Shown here in pieces: positions 48,326-58,156 of a stretch of DNA of 64,000 bases. How positions within the stretch are numbered: position 1 is the stretch's first letter; every line of letters starts with the position of its first letter. The DNA comes from a virus (taxonomy: Duplodnaviria > Caudoviricetes): positions 32,001-96,000 of the IMG/VR virus record IMGVR_UViG_3300025934_000014. One strand, written 5' to 3'. Position numbers and translations under genes: made by a program. The notes below the pieces were generated by a model. That model searched no databases. It was given only the letters and a program-made list of their open reading frames with translations, and was not told the DNA's origin.

Positions 48326-48550
48326 ATGGGCTTCTCCCTGCGCCAAGCCTTGGGTCCGCTCGTCGCGGACGCGCTGAAGCCGCAACACAATTGCCCGACG
48401 GGCAAGACGCCGCTGCCGACAAAGGCTGCGGCCGACCGGGAACTGCGTCGGATCAACGCGACCCTGCATATGAAGATGCACCGGTTCCGCTGTGGCTACT
48501 GCGACCAGTACCACCTCGGGCACGCGCGAGGGCGCAAAGGGGACCGATAA
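48326..48550 (+). CDS. Small Zn-finger protein
   Basis: C.TGK...A...RCGYCDQYHL. Confidence 0.65.
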   Translation: MGFSLRQALGPLVADALKPQHNCPTGKTPLPTKAAADRELRRINATLHMKMHRFRCGYCDQYHLGHARGRKGDR

Positions 48551-48582
48551 CTGGCCCTATGAGCGCCGTCATCAGATGGGGC

Positions 48583-48611
48583 TTGACTTCAGGGAACAGT
48601 GCGATTACCAT
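48583..48611 (+). promoter_or_regulatory. Early promoter
   Basis: TTGACT-17-TACCAT. Confidence 0.8.
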
Positions 48612-48681
48612 TAGAGGGTAGTTGATTGGACAGGTCGCCTGACGGGCGGCTAAGACGAGAACCGGATAAGAGGAGACGACG

Positions 48682-50244
48682 ATGGTCAAGAAAGCGGCGG
48701 CGGAGACGGCGGCAGCGGTGCCCTCCACGAGCGATTCCCAGATGGTGCAGTCCTTCAAGGCGGCACGTCGGGTATCGACTCCCATCATTGCAATCGAAAC
48801 GCCCGATGCGGCGGCGACGATCACCGCGCTGCGCAAGGCGCTGCCGGATTCCAAAACGCCGATCCTCTCGTGGGATTGCGCGAAGGGACTCTACGGGATG
48901 AACGATCCCGGCAAGACGGCGTTCGCGGTCCTCGGCGTGGATCCCGCGATGACGGTCAACGCGACCGAAACGCTCCTCGCGTGCGAACGCCTGCCGGAGT
49001 TGTCGGTGGTGTTCTTCCACAACTTCCAGCGCCAGATCAACGAGACGCCGACGATGCAGGCGCTGTGGAACCTGCGCGACCAGTTCAAGATGAACAAGCG
49101 CACGGTCGTCCTCCTCGGCCCGACGTTTCAGCTTCCGGCGGAACTGGCCGGTGACGTGATCACGCTGGACGAGCCGTTGCCGACGCGCGACGAACTCGGC
49201 GCGATTCTCGACCAGCAGCATAAGAACGCCGCGCTGGCGGTACCCGAAGACGAGACGCGCACGGCCGCGCTCGATGCCATCGTCGGACTTCCCGCCTACA
49301 CGGCCGAACAGGTCACGGCGATGGCGCTGACGAAGGACGGCATCAACGTCGGCAAGTGCTGGGAGCGCAAGATCAAGGCGATCCAGAACACCGATGGGCT
49401 GCGCGTGTGGTCGGCGCGTCCGGGCGAAACGACGCTCGATGAACTGCGCGGGATCGATAACGTGGTCGAGTTCTTCCGCCGCCTGATTGCGGCCGACGCG
49501 TTCGGCGCGATTGTGTTCATTGACGAAATGGACAAGGCGCTCGCCGGAGGCATGAGCGAACACACGGGCGACAGCGGCGTGAGCAAGGATCAGGTCGGCA
49601 CGCTCCTCAGCTACATCGAAGACACCGGCTCGCTGGGCGTGATGCTCGCGGGTGTCGCTGGCACGGGCAAGACGCAGTTGGTGAAGGCGGCAGGCGCGGA
49701 GAGCGGCAAGCCGGTCATCATCCTCGACCTCGGCGGCATGAAGGGCGGCGTGGTCGGAGAGAGCGAGCGCCATATTCGCGCCGCGCTGAAGGTCGTCACG
49801 GCCACCGCCGAGGGCCGCGTCCTGTTCGTCGGCACCGCGAACCGCACGACGCTGTTCACGCCGGAGATGAACCGCCGGTTCCCGGACCAGTTCTTTTACG
49901 ACACGCCGGACGACGCCGGGCGCAAGGCCATCTGGCCCGTCTACATCGCGAAGAACGGCCTCACGTCGTCGCAGGCCGCGATTCCCGCCGGGTTCGATGC
50001 CGGGTGGACCGGAGCCGAGATCAAGCGTGCGTGCGAACGGGCGGCGCTGTTCGGCACCACGGTGGTGGAGGCGGCACGGTTCATCATCCCGCAGTCCATC
50101 AGCGGCAAGAAGGTCATCGACGGCTTGCGCCGCGAGGCCGCAGGGCGCTTCCTCTCGGCCAGCCAGCCGGGCCTCTACGAACTGCCGGAGGCTCCGGCCG
50201 TTCCCCAAGTGGTCGTGGCGAACCGCTCCATCGAGGTGAACTAG
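48682..50244 (+). CDS. Ycf46-like AAA+ ATPase with rearranged motif order
   Basis: FIDEMDKA..GDSG precedes GVAGTGKT..LDLG..VGESE..TAN..PE..RRF. Confidence 0.85.
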   Translation: MVKKAAAETAAAVPSTSDSQMVQSFKAARRVSTPIIAIETPDAAATITALRKALPDSKTPILSWDCAKGLYGMNDPGKTAFAVLGVDPAMTVNATETLLACERLPELSVVFFHNFQRQINETPTMQALWNLRDQFKMNKRTVVLLGPTFQLPAELAGDVITLDEPLPTRDELGAILDQQHKNAALAVPEDETRTAALDAIVGLPAYTAEQVTAMALTKDGINVGKCWERKIKAIQNTDGLRVWSARPGETTLDELRGIDNVVEFFRRLIAADAFGAIVFIDEMDKALAGGMSEHTGDSGVSKDQVGTLLSYIEDTGSLGVMLAGVAGTGKTQLVKAAGAESGKPVIILDLGGMKGGVVGESERHIRAALKVVTATAEGRVLFVGTANRTTLFTPEMNRRFPDQFFYDTPDDAGRKAIWPVYIAKNGLTSSQAAIPAGFDAGWTGAEIKRACERAALFGTTVVEAARFIIPQSISGKKVIDGLRREAAGRFLSASQPGLYELPEAPAVPQVVVANRSIEVN

Positions 50245-50246
50245 CG

Positions 50247-50717
50247 ATGGCGGCGACGACGATGGTCTGGACGGACTACGCGATTCTGGAGCCGTCCAAG
50301 CCGACCTACGACAAGCACGGGAAGCCGGTGCGCTGGAAGGTGCAACGGAACGAGGAGGGGACGTGGCGCTGCCACTGCCCCGCCTACATCTTCAGCAAGG
50401 GCGTGAAGACGTGCAAACACATCCGCCGGTGCATCGATCAGCAAGTCAAGGAGCAGACCATCGCCACGCCGGTCGCGGTCGCTCCGGCGAAGTCGCCGCA
50501 CCGCATCGAGGCGGAGAAGGTGTTCGACGCGATGTGCGCAGCAGCCACCCAGAAGGCGCACGTGAACGTCAAGGCGCAGATCGGTGCCTCGGGCGGGGCG
50601 GCGATGGTGGACGTGCTGATGGCACGACTGGCGACGTGGATGCCGCCAGCAGCGGTGACGGTGACGACTGAGACGACGGTGGTCGGCGTGCGCCGGATCA
50701 CATTTGACGAAGATTAA
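50247..50717 (+). CDS. SWIM Zn-finger protein
   Basis: WRCHCPAY..CKHI. Confidence 0.7.
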   Translation: MAATTMVWTDYAILEPSKPTYDKHGKPVRWKVQRNEEGTWRCHCPAYIFSKGVKTCKHIRRCIDQQVKEQTIATPVAVAPAKSPHRIEAEKVFDAMCAAATQKAHVNVKAQIGASGGAAMVDVLMARLATWMPPAAVTVTTETTVVGVRRITFDED

Positions 50718-51135
50718 TCGCATCTGGTCGAAGGTCGAGAAGACCGATGCGTGCTGGCTTTGGACTGGTGGCAAGGCCGGTGGCGGTTCACCCGGCGAGT
50801 ACGGGCAGACGTTCTACCAAGGTCGCCCGATGCTGGCGCACGTTGCCATTGATTTGATCGTCAACGGCCCGTTACCGGAGGGGATGGAGCGTCACCACGA
50901 ATGCCAGAACAAGCTGTGCGTTCGGCCAGCGGCGGGTCACGTCGTCAGGGTGACGAAGGCTGAACACCGACGATTGACGGCACTGGAGAAGACAACGTGC
51001 GTGCATGGGCATCCGTACACGCCGGGCAATGTGTGGGTGGCTCCGAACGGACGACGCCGCTGTCGCATTTGCCTAAATCTGAAAGAGCGTTCACGCGAGT
51101 GGCGCAGGAAACACAGAAAAACAATCAATCGATAA
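50704..51135 (+). CDS. HNH endonuclease
   Basis: WSKV..CWLWTG..YG..AH..HH.C.NKLCVRP..H; C..GHPY..RRCRIC. Confidence 0.85.
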   Translation: MTKINRIWSKVEKTDACWLWTGGKAGGGSPGEYGQTFYQGRPMLAHVAIDLIVNGPLPEGMERHHECQNKLCVRPAAGHVVRVTKAEHRRLTALEKTTCVHGHPYTPGNVWVAPNGRRRCRICLNLKERSREWRRKHRKTINR

Positions 51136-51149
51136 GCGAGGGTAACGAC

Positions 51150-51560
51150 GTGTTGAACAAGGTGATGTTGATCGGGAATCTCGGGCGCGATGCCGAACTG
51201 AAGTACACGCCGGGCGGCGAGGCCGTGGCCTCCGTGTCGCTGGCGACCAACAGCGTGTGGTTCGATAAGAACAACCAGAAGCAGGAGCGGGTCGAGTGGC
51301 ACCGCGTGATCATCTGGGGGAAGATGGCCGAGTCGCTCGCCCAGTATCTGGTGAAGGGCAAGCAGATTTACGTCGAGGGCAATCTCCAGACGCGCGAGTG
51401 GACCGACAAAGACAACGTCAAGCGGTACACGACCGAGGTCCGGTCCTACCAGATCAAGCTCCTCGGCGGCATGGGCAAGGGCGGCGGCGTGCCGCACCCG
51501 GCGGATACCGAGGGCGGATCGAACGACCAGCCGGTGGACGATTCGGACATCCCGTTCTGA
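51150..51560 (+). CDS. ssb: Single-stranded DNA-binding protein
   Basis: LNKVMLIGNLGRD..EWHRV..KGKQIYVEG.LQTR; acidic DDSDIPF end. Confidence 0.95.
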   Translation: MLNKVMLIGNLGRDAELKYTPGGEAVASVSLATNSVWFDKNNQKQERVEWHRVIIWGKMAESLAQYLVKGKQIYVEGNLQTREWTDKDNVKRYTTEVRSYQIKLLGGMGKGGGVPHPADTEGGSNDQPVDDSDIPF

Positions 51561-51579
51561 TGATGTTACCATTGGCGTC

Positions 51580-52056
51580 ATGCGGATCGACCTGACGCCG
51601 GTGGGACCACGCGAGTGCGGACCCTGTAGTCTCTGCTGCAAGGTCATGGCGATCAAGGAACTGGCGAAACCAGCGAATGTCTGGTGCGGCCATGCGAAGA
51701 AGGGCCGGGGCTGCGACACGTACGCAACCCGGCCCGACTCGTGTCGCGGGTTCTCGTGCCTCTGGCTGGCCTCGACCATTGCGCCGCTGGCGCTGCGGCC
51801 GGACAAGATTCACGGCGTGCTGGTGTCCACGCCGGACGGGCACCACATCGTGCTGCACGAGGATCCCGGTTATCCGGGGGTCGCGCACGCGGCGGCGCGG
51901 GACATCCTGACGAAGTGGATTGCCGACGGGACGCGCTACTACGTGGTGGCCTGCGGGACGACGCGGCGGTTCTATGGCAATCACCAGTTGTTGCCCGTCG
52001 CGACCGCGATGATGAACGAGGTGGCCGAGGACGTGCCACCCTTCACGGTACCGTGA
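51580..52056 (+). CDS. Cys-cluster (CxxCxxCC, YkgJ-like) protein
   Basis: RECGPCSLCCK..WC.H..GC..Y..RP..C..F.CLW. Confidence 0.7.
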   Translation: MRIDLTPVGPRECGPCSLCCKVMAIKELAKPANVWCGHAKKGRGCDTYATRPDSCRGFSCLWLASTIAPLALRPDKIHGVLVSTPDGHHIVLHEDPGYPGVAHAAARDILTKWIADGTRYYVVACGTTRRFYGNHQLLPVATAMMNEVAEDVPPFTVP

Positions 52057-52074
52057 AGAACGGAGACGACGACG

Positions 52075-52320
52075 ATGATTGACCAGCCGATGTTTTTCGA
52101 CCCGTCCGGGCACCCGAAGCCCCGGAAGCATGGCCCCAAGGTGTACAAGGACGGGCCGAAGCCGACGGGCGCGGCGCGGCTCCAGCAACAGGTGAACGCG
52201 CTGCTCCAGAAGGCGTCCCGGTTGGAGCGCAAGCGCGATGCGGACGAGGCGTATGCGCGTGACCTCGGGGCTGTGCTCAAGGTGTTCGTGGCTTCGCACC
52301 CGCGCGTGAGCGAACCGTGA
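52075..52320 (+). CDS. Hypothetical protein
   Basis: GGAGACGACGACGATG start. Confidence 0.6.
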   Translation: MIDQPMFFDPSGHPKPRKHGPKVYKDGPKPTGAARLQQQVNALLQKASRLERKRDADEAYARDLGAVLKVFVASHPRVSEP

Positions 52321-52730
52321 CCGTGCTGATGCCGACGCACTCCTGCTTTGACGACAGCCTGTCTTACATCTCCGATGCCGTACTGGAGAACAAGGCTGAG
52401 GCTATCGAGCATTTACGACTGGTGCATGGCATCTGCCTCGCGGCCGAGGGGCCGGAGAAGGATCGCCCGTTCGCCCACGCATGGATCGAGCAGGACCGGC
52501 GCGTGGTGATTCAGGCCGCGCTCCTCGATGGCGAGAAGATTTGGTTCGGCTGTCTGCGCAAGGAGTTCTACCAGAAGATGCGCGTGCAAGTCTCGACCGT
52601 CTACACCGTCGAGGAAGCCGTGCAGAAGAACTGGGAGTTCGGCACCTACGGCCCGTGGGACACGGCGTACCGTGCGCTCTGCGCTCACGGGTCGCGCGTG
52701 GTGTTCCGGGCGGAGGAGCCACCCGCATGA
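52317..52730 (+). CDS. Papain/transglutaminase-like small protein
   Basis: CF..LVHG..HAW.E..Y...Y..GPW, the same pattern as polyprotein 1 module ~3695-3960. Confidence 0.6.
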   Translation: MTVLMPTHSCFDDSLSYISDAVLENKAEAIEHLRLVHGICLAAEGPEKDRPFAHAWIEQDRRVVIQAALLDGEKIWFGCLRKEFYQKMRVQVSTVYTVEEAVQKNWEFGTYGPWDTAYRALCAHGSRVVFRAEEPPA

Positions 52731-52963
52731 AGACGTTCCTGCGCTACTGGGTCGGGATGCTGCTGCTGTCGGCGCTGCTGGTGCCGATGATGCTCGCGGT
52801 CTGGGGCGTGTCGGCCGTGATCGATCACTTCACGAAGAATCTCGTCGTCGGCTTCGCCGCGCTGTTCGTCGTGACGAGCCTGCTGGTTGCCGGGTGGATG
52901 ACCGCGCTGTTCTCCTCGCGCGGCAAGTGGGTCGTCACCGCCCTTGGCCGGTGGATGCAGTGA
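52727..52963 (+). CDS. Small membrane protein
   Basis: Two hydrophobic segments; ATGA overlap. Confidence 0.6.
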   Translation: MKTFLRYWVGMLLLSALLVPMMLAVWGVSAVIDHFTKNLVVGFAALFVVTSLLVAGWMTALFSSRGKWVVTALGRWMQ

Positions 52964-53118
52964 TCGAGCGATTGATGGTTGGCGCGGTCGGCGTGTGTCT
53001 CGGAGCGGCGTTCGCGCTGCATCCGATGACGCGACCGATCCTGACGGATCCCCGCGCCACGGTGCGGGTGCTGGTGGCAGTCGCGGTGCTCTTTCTGATC
53101 GCCGCGCTGTTGATGTGA
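52960..53118 (+). CDS. Small membrane protein
   Basis: Hydrophobic; GTGA overlap. Confidence 0.5.
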   Translation: MIERLMVGAVGVCLGAAFALHPMTRPILTDPRATVRVLVAVAVLFLIAALLM

Positions 53119-53133
53119 ACGAAGGGAGAACAG

Positions 53134-53430
53134 ATGGCCGCAGTGAAGCGACGGAGCATCGTAGAGTTCGAGAAGTGGCTCGACAAAGAGATCGCACAGG
53201 TTGAGACTTCGCTCGTGAGTCTGAACGCCGAGGCCACGGAACTGGCCCGGCAGCGAGCCGAGTACGACGTGCAACTGGCAACCCTCAAGAGCGTGAAGGT
53301 GAAGCTCGCGCCGGTGTCGGCCGAGGACGAGAACGGGTTCACCGGAATCCCGTCGCCGTTCACGGAGGACGGACAGCCGCCCACCGAGCCGAACCTGTTC
53401 GACACGGACGCGGAAGTAGTCCAGCAGTAA
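53134..53430 (+). CDS. Coiled-coil hypothetical protein
   Basis: GGGAG RBS; heptad pattern. Confidence 0.6.
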   Translation: MAAVKRRSIVEFEKWLDKEIAQVETSLVSLNAEATELARQRAEYDVQLATLKSVKVKLAPVSAEDENGFTGIPSPFTEDGQPPTEPNLFDTDAEVVQQ

Positions 53431-53431
53431 G

Positions 53432-53620
53432 GTGGTCGTGACGATGACGGTTCACTGTCGCTCTTGTAACCACCAGTGGGAAGTCGTCATGCCGTTGCCG
53501 ATGCCATTGGATCAGGCGTCACAGATCATGGTGAACACCGTGCAAGTCGGGTGTCCGAACTGCGGAGCGAATGGCCCGGACGTACTGGTTGGCCCAGCGC
53601 GTCCACGGGATAAGGAATGA
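53432..53620 (+). CDS. Zn-ribbon protein
   Basis: CRSC.H.W...CPNCG. Confidence 0.6.
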   Translation: MVVTMTVHCRSCNHQWEVVMPLPMPLDQASQIMVNTVQVGCPNCGANGPDVLVGPARPRDKE

Positions 53621-53853
53621 CGTGTTGGCTCGCGTGGTGGCATCGGCGGAAACGCCAGATCGATCACGAGACGGTGTGGCTGGCGCTGCGCCACGCGGCC
53701 GACTGTCGGCATCCCACGGACTCCGAGGCAGCGGTGCTGCTCGCCCTGCGTGGGTGGGCGACGTTCATCCAGCAGCCCGGTCAGGACCATTGGCGGTGCG
53801 CGTGCGCGGAGGCTGACGAAAAAGCAGTCATCGCGCAGCAGCCGCCCACGTGA
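53617..53853 (+). CDS. Hypothetical protein
   Basis: ATGA overlap; AAGGA RBS. Confidence 0.5.
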   Translation: MTCWLAWWHRRKRQIDHETVWLALRHAADCRHPTDSEAAVLLALRGWATFIQQPGQDHWRCACAEADEKAVIAQQPPT

Positions 53854-54029
53854 CCATCCCGCCGAAAGTCACTGTACCCTCGTGTCGCGAGGGGGAAGTT
53901 CGGGGTCGGCGGGGCGGAGGTGTTGCCCTCGGACTTTCTATCCCGTAGCGGAGCCAGCATGTGGCGACACCAAGCGAACGGATACGAGATGCTGGCATGT
54001 CTGATGTGAGGTGGGGCGCATCGGGCACC

Positions 54030-54059
54030 TTGACTTTGATCCCGCGATGGGATTATCAT
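54030..54059 (+). promoter_or_regulatory. Early promoter
   Basis: TTGACT-18-TATCAT. Confidence 0.7.
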
Positions 54060-54217
54060 TGGACCTATGGCTGAGACGACGACGGCGACGACGACCCCCG
54101 CGAAGAAGCATACCGAGCGCGACTGCGACGAATCCTGTGCCTGCTGTCCGCAGTGCTACGTGGCCCGAGGCATCGACATCTGCGACCGCCTGTGCGAGCA
54201 CGCGGAGGAGGACGACG

Positions 54218-54322
54218 ATGCGTAAGAAGATCGACTGGCTGGGCGTCCTGTTCTTTGTCTGGATTGCCGTGATGTTCGGGGCGATCTTCGCGCTCAACGC
54301 GACGGAAGGGTGGCGGCGATGA
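54218..54322 (+). CDS. 34-aa membrane peptide
   Basis: GGAGGAGGACGACGATG start; single TM segment. Confidence 0.55.
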   Translation: MRKKIDWLGVLFFVWIAVMFGAIFALNATEGWRR

Positions 54323-56139
54323 ACACTCCGGATCCCGGCCAACACATTCAACTCATTCAAACCCCGACGGGCCTGATGAACGTCATCCGCCCGGTGGCCG
54401 AGCGGCTGCTGGCCGAGGGCGTGATCAGCGGCGAGATGGGCAACCTGCACGCGGCCGATGCGGCGACGGTGAAGGCCGCGATGATCGGCGGCGCGGCGGT
54501 TTGCGACTTCTGTTCGTCGCCCGGTGCGACCCACGCGTTCCCGGTCCCGGACTTTGAGATGCCGCACGGCATCGGCACCAGTCAGGGTGGCTGGGCCGCG
54601 TGCGACGAGTGCCACGCACTGGTGCTCGCGAAGCGGAAGAAGGATCTACTGGCGCGTGCGCTGGGCGGGATGTCGTTCCCGAAGTTCTCCAAGCACGCCA
54701 TCGGAGAACTGCACGACAAGTTCTGGCAGGCGCTGGAGTTCACGGAGAGCACGCTGGCGCTCGCGTCCCGCCTGCGGGAGTTCGCGGACGACAAGCTCCC
54801 GGCCGACGTGCTGCCCTACGCTGGCACGTCCCTCGCGACGATGGGGCCATTGGTCACGACGCGTGCGAAGCGGCTCCAGACGCTGATGGGTGTCACCGGG
54901 CTGTCGGCGTCCGAGATCGAATCGTTCATCAATGCCGAGGACATGACGGCGATGCCGCCGGAGGTGCTGGTCAAGCTCGCGGCATGGGTGCGCCGCGTCG
55001 GTAAGCTGGACTCGCAGACGTTCGGCAACATGCTGCTGGGTGTCCATAAGCCAGCGACACAGGACCAGACGCCGCACTGGCAGCAAGCCCTCGATGCGAA
55101 GTTTGAAGCAGCGGTGCTGCTGAAGAAGTTGATGAGCAGCGATCAGCACGAGGAGTACTTTCCGGACGCCGTGGACCTGAACGATCAGGCGGCGGTGAAG
55201 CGGATGATGAAGCTCGCGGAGGCGCGGAAGTCCCTGCGACATCTTGGGTTCGATCAGGACTTGCGGTTGCTGCCGGTCGCACAGGCGTACAGCTTCAACG
55301 GCGAGACGGCGGCGGCGATCCAAGAGGCCGCAGTGGGCATCCCGCACGACGCGCCGCTGTCGTCCGTCGAGACACCGAACACCGGATGCGGCTGGTTCTG
55401 GTTCAGCGACCCGCTGGCGGTCGCGGCGAGTCCGGCGGCATCGGACCATACCAACGCGCTGCTGTGGGCGTGGACGAACGTGAAGGGCACGGACGCGTCT
55501 GGCACCGAGACGCTGAACAGTGCGGCGCTGATGTTCTCGGCCTACGTGCGCGACACGAAGGGCCGGGATTCCCACAAGCTCCTGCCCTCGACGCGGTGGT
55601 ACTGGCCGCTGTCGATGTCTTTCCACGAGATGCTGGGGCTGAACACCAAAAGCTGGCGGCAGACCTACGGGCCGGGCACACCGCTGCATGGCGACCCGAA
55701 CATCATCAGCGAGGAGGCGACGATCAAGGTGATTGCCGACCTGAGCCTGTTCTTCGTGATGGCGTGCCTCTGGTTCCGGCAGACGGTGCCGGGCCAGCCG
55801 AAGAAGAAGGTGGACCCGGTGCTCACGCAGTCGGAGGGCCACGTCGAGCGCCACGCACGCAAGCGGATGCAACGGGAGTTCAAACTCCCCGACAAGCCGA
55901 CCGTGACCGTGGTCGCGCTCCGCAAGGCCGTGCGCGTGGCGGTCGAGCCGACCGAGGGCGCAGCGGCGAGTAGCTCGCGGCAGTATCACGTGCGGTGGAT
56001 CGTGAAGGGCCATCCGCGCATGCAGGCGTGCGGACCCGGCCGCGCAGATCGCAAGTTGATCTGGATCGAGTCGCATCCTGCGGGTCCAGAAGACAAGCCA
56101 CTTCGTACGAAGACGACCGTGTTCGCGGTCGTGCGATAG
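54319..56139 (+). CDS. Large hypothetical protein, N-terminal Zn site and C-terminal VxGHxRxQxxGPG motif
   Basis: CDFC..WAACDECH; WIVKGHPRMQACGPGR..KLIWI..H..GP. Confidence 0.7.
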   Translation: MNTPDPGQHIQLIQTPTGLMNVIRPVAERLLAEGVISGEMGNLHAADAATVKAAMIGGAAVCDFCSSPGATHAFPVPDFEMPHGIGTSQGGWAACDECHALVLAKRKKDLLARALGGMSFPKFSKHAIGELHDKFWQALEFTESTLALASRLREFADDKLPADVLPYAGTSLATMGPLVTTRAKRLQTLMGVTGLSASEIESFINAEDMTAMPPEVLVKLAAWVRRVGKLDSQTFGNMLLGVHKPATQDQTPHWQQALDAKFEAAVLLKKLMSSDQHEEYFPDAVDLNDQAAVKRMMKLAEARKSLRHLGFDQDLRLLPVAQAYSFNGETAAAIQEAAVGIPHDAPLSSVETPNTGCGWFWFSDPLAVAASPAASDHTNALLWAWTNVKGTDASGTETLNSAALMFSAYVRDTKGRDSHKLLPSTRWYWPLSMSFHEMLGLNTKSWRQTYGPGTPLHGDPNIISEEATIKVIADLSLFFVMACLWFRQTVPGQPKKKVDPVLTQSEGHVERHARKRMQREFKLPDKPTVTVVALRKAVRVAVEPTEGAAASSSRQYHVRWIVKGHPRMQACGPGRADRKLIWIESHPAGPEDKPLRTKTTVFAVVR

Positions 56140-56148
56140 GAGACGACG

Positions 56149-56322
56149 ATGACACGCGAAGATCGCGCACGCAAGATCGAGCAGTTGCTGAAAGCCTCCC
56201 AAGCCAGAGGGCAGGGGCCACACGGTCGCACGATTCACGCGGTGATGGCGCAGGTTCACGCCCTCATGCAGACGCGGCGGCTGATTGTGATCCCGAGAGT
56301 GCAGCAGGACGCGCAGCGATGA
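56149..56322 (+). CDS. Small hypothetical protein
   Basis: GGAGACGACGATG start; 57 aa. Confidence 0.55.
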   Translation: MTREDRARKIEQLLKASQARGQGPHGRTIHAVMAQVHALMQTRRLIVIPRVQQDAQR

Positions 56323-56990
56323 CGACGCATCGCGAGCAGTGCGAGAAGGACTACGCGGAGTTCATGGAGCGCATCGCGAGCCACACCGTGACCGTCCTGC
56401 GCGACGACGGGCTGTATCGGCATCTGCGCTGCCGGGCGCACGGCTACGCCTACTCGTTTGACATCGTCACGTGGCCCGGCTACCTCGCGTACGTCGGAGA
56501 CATGGGCAGCTTCGTGTTCTCGCGGTTGCCGGATATGTTTGAGTTCTTTCGCGAGAAAGAGTCGCCGCTGGTGGACCGCCAGTATTTCGCGGAGAAGGCG
56601 GTCGCGGCCGACAAGCACGACGGCATCCGAAAGTTCAGCGAGGAGCGGTTCAAGGTTGTCGTCAAGGAAGACTTCGCGACATTCACCGATGGGTGGACGG
56701 ACGAGGAGCGTGCAGAGTTGTGGTCCGAGGTCGAGGACCGCGTGCTGGTGTTCCTCGATGAAGGGTACTCGTCGGTGATGCGAGCCGCGCTCGACCTGAC
56801 AGCTACGCACGAGGGGCGGACCCTGCCGGTGTTCCCTGAACTGTGGGACACGTCGATGGAGGAGTACACGCCGCGCTTCTGGTGGTGCTGTTACGCCATC
56901 CCGTGGGCGGTCGCGCGGTACGACGGGTTGAAGGACATCGAGTCCGGCAAGCGTCGGCCGGACTTTCCGGGCGCGGCCACCCGCGCATGA
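56319..56990 (+). CDS. Conserved phage hypothetical protein
   Basis: DDGLYRHL..FDIVTWPG.L..GDMG.FVF.R..DMFEFFR. Confidence 0.7.
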   Translation: MTTHREQCEKDYAEFMERIASHTVTVLRDDGLYRHLRCRAHGYAYSFDIVTWPGYLAYVGDMGSFVFSRLPDMFEFFREKESPLVDRQYFAEKAVAADKHDGIRKFSEERFKVVVKEDFATFTDGWTDEERAELWSEVEDRVLVFLDEGYSSVMRAALDLTATHEGRTLPVFPELWDTSMEEYTPRFWWCCYAIPWAVARYDGLKDIESGKRRPDFPGAATRA

Positions 56991-58147
56991 CCACGTGGCG
57001 GTATGACTCCCTGTCGAGTGATGCCGTCTACGTCGTCACGCTGGCGGACAACGGGCTACTGGGGTGCGAGTGCAAAGGCTGGCTGCTGGCCCGGCGCGGG
57101 ATGCCGCACTGGTGCTCGCACACCCGCGACGTGGTCGAGCGGCACGGCCTCGTAGTCGAGGAGCGCGGGGACTACGTATTCGCCATGCAAAAGAAAGGGT
57201 TGACTTCCGGGAACATCGCCATTATCATTAGAGGCGTTGGGGCGATGCGCCCCGAGGAGGCGGTGACGGTGGCGACGGCGGCGACGACGATGGGACAACT
57301 GGACGCGATGAAAGCCAGCGCGATGGTGGAAGGCAAGTTCGGCCACCTGTTCGACGCCGAGGGCTTCATGGTTCCCGCGAAATTCGACGCGGCGTTCGGC
57401 ACGGGCGAGTGGACGATGGACGAGAAACTCGACGGCCATCGCTGCTTGATCACCAAAGCCGACGGCGCGATCACGACGACGCTCCGCTCGATTCCCTCCC
57501 TGCCCTCCCAGATTCTCGACGCAATGGCGACGATGCCGGACGGCGTGTATGACGGCGAACTCCTCGTGCCCGATGGCATCTCGACCGACGTGCCGAACCT
57601 TGCCCTGCGCGGCGAACTGGTGTTCGCGATGTTCGACCTCGTGGAAGTGATGGGTGAGTCGGTGATTCACCTCGCGCTCAAGGACCGCCGGGCGCTCCTG
57701 CTGGTCGCAGGCCAGCACGCGCAGAACGAGTCGGTGGTTGTAGTTGCCCAGCAAGCTCCGTCATGGGACGGCGTCAAGGCCATCTGGGCGAACGGTGGCG
57801 AGGGTGTCATTCTCAAGAGGCTGTCCAGCAAGTACCGCCCCGGCCACCGGTCGGCGGACTGGCTCAAGGTGAAGCGATTGGAACAGCACACCGTGACCGT
57901 GACCGGCTTTGAGACGGGATCGTTCGGGCCGACGGCCGTGGTGCTCGTGCGGTTCGATGACGGCACGAAGGGCCGCTGCAAAAACCGGAACAGCGAACTG
58001 CTGGCCGCGACGGCCGCGAACCCGGCCGCGTTCATTGGGCGGCGGCTGGTGGTCGAGTGCCAGCAGCGCGTGCGCGGGAGCAACAAGCCCCGGCACCCGA
58101 TGATGAAGGCGTTTGAAACAGATCATCTGGCCGGAGAGGCCGAATAG
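56987..58147 (+). CDS. ATP-dependent DNA ligase (with N-terminal SWIM-like region; likely alternative start 57290)
   Basis: EKLDGHR, DGEL, FDL, EGVILK, YRPG.RS..WLKVK. Confidence 0.9.
   Translation: MTTWRYDSLSSDAVYVVTLADNGLLGCECKGWLLARRGMPHWCSHTRDVVERHGLVVEERGDYVFAMQKKGLTSGNIAIIIRGVGAMRPEEAVTVATAATTMGQLDAMKASAMVEGKFGHLFDAEGFMVPAKFDAAFGTGEWTMDEKLDGHRCLITKADGAITTTLRSIPSLPSQILDAMATMPDGVYDGELLVPDGISTDVPNLALRGELVFAMFDLVEVMGESVIHLALKDRRALLLVAGQHAQNESVVVVAQQAPSWDGVKAIWANGGEGVILKRLSSKYRPGHRSADWLKVKRLEQHTVTVTGFETGSFGPTAVVLVRFDDGTKGRCKNRNSELLAATAANPAAFIGRRLVVECQQRVRGSNKPRHPMMKAFETDHLAGEAE
57200..57228 (+). promoter_or_regulatory. Early promoter (internal, before ligase domain)
   Basis: TTGACT-17-TATCAT. 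Confidence 0.7.
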
Positions 58148-58156
58148 GAGACGACG

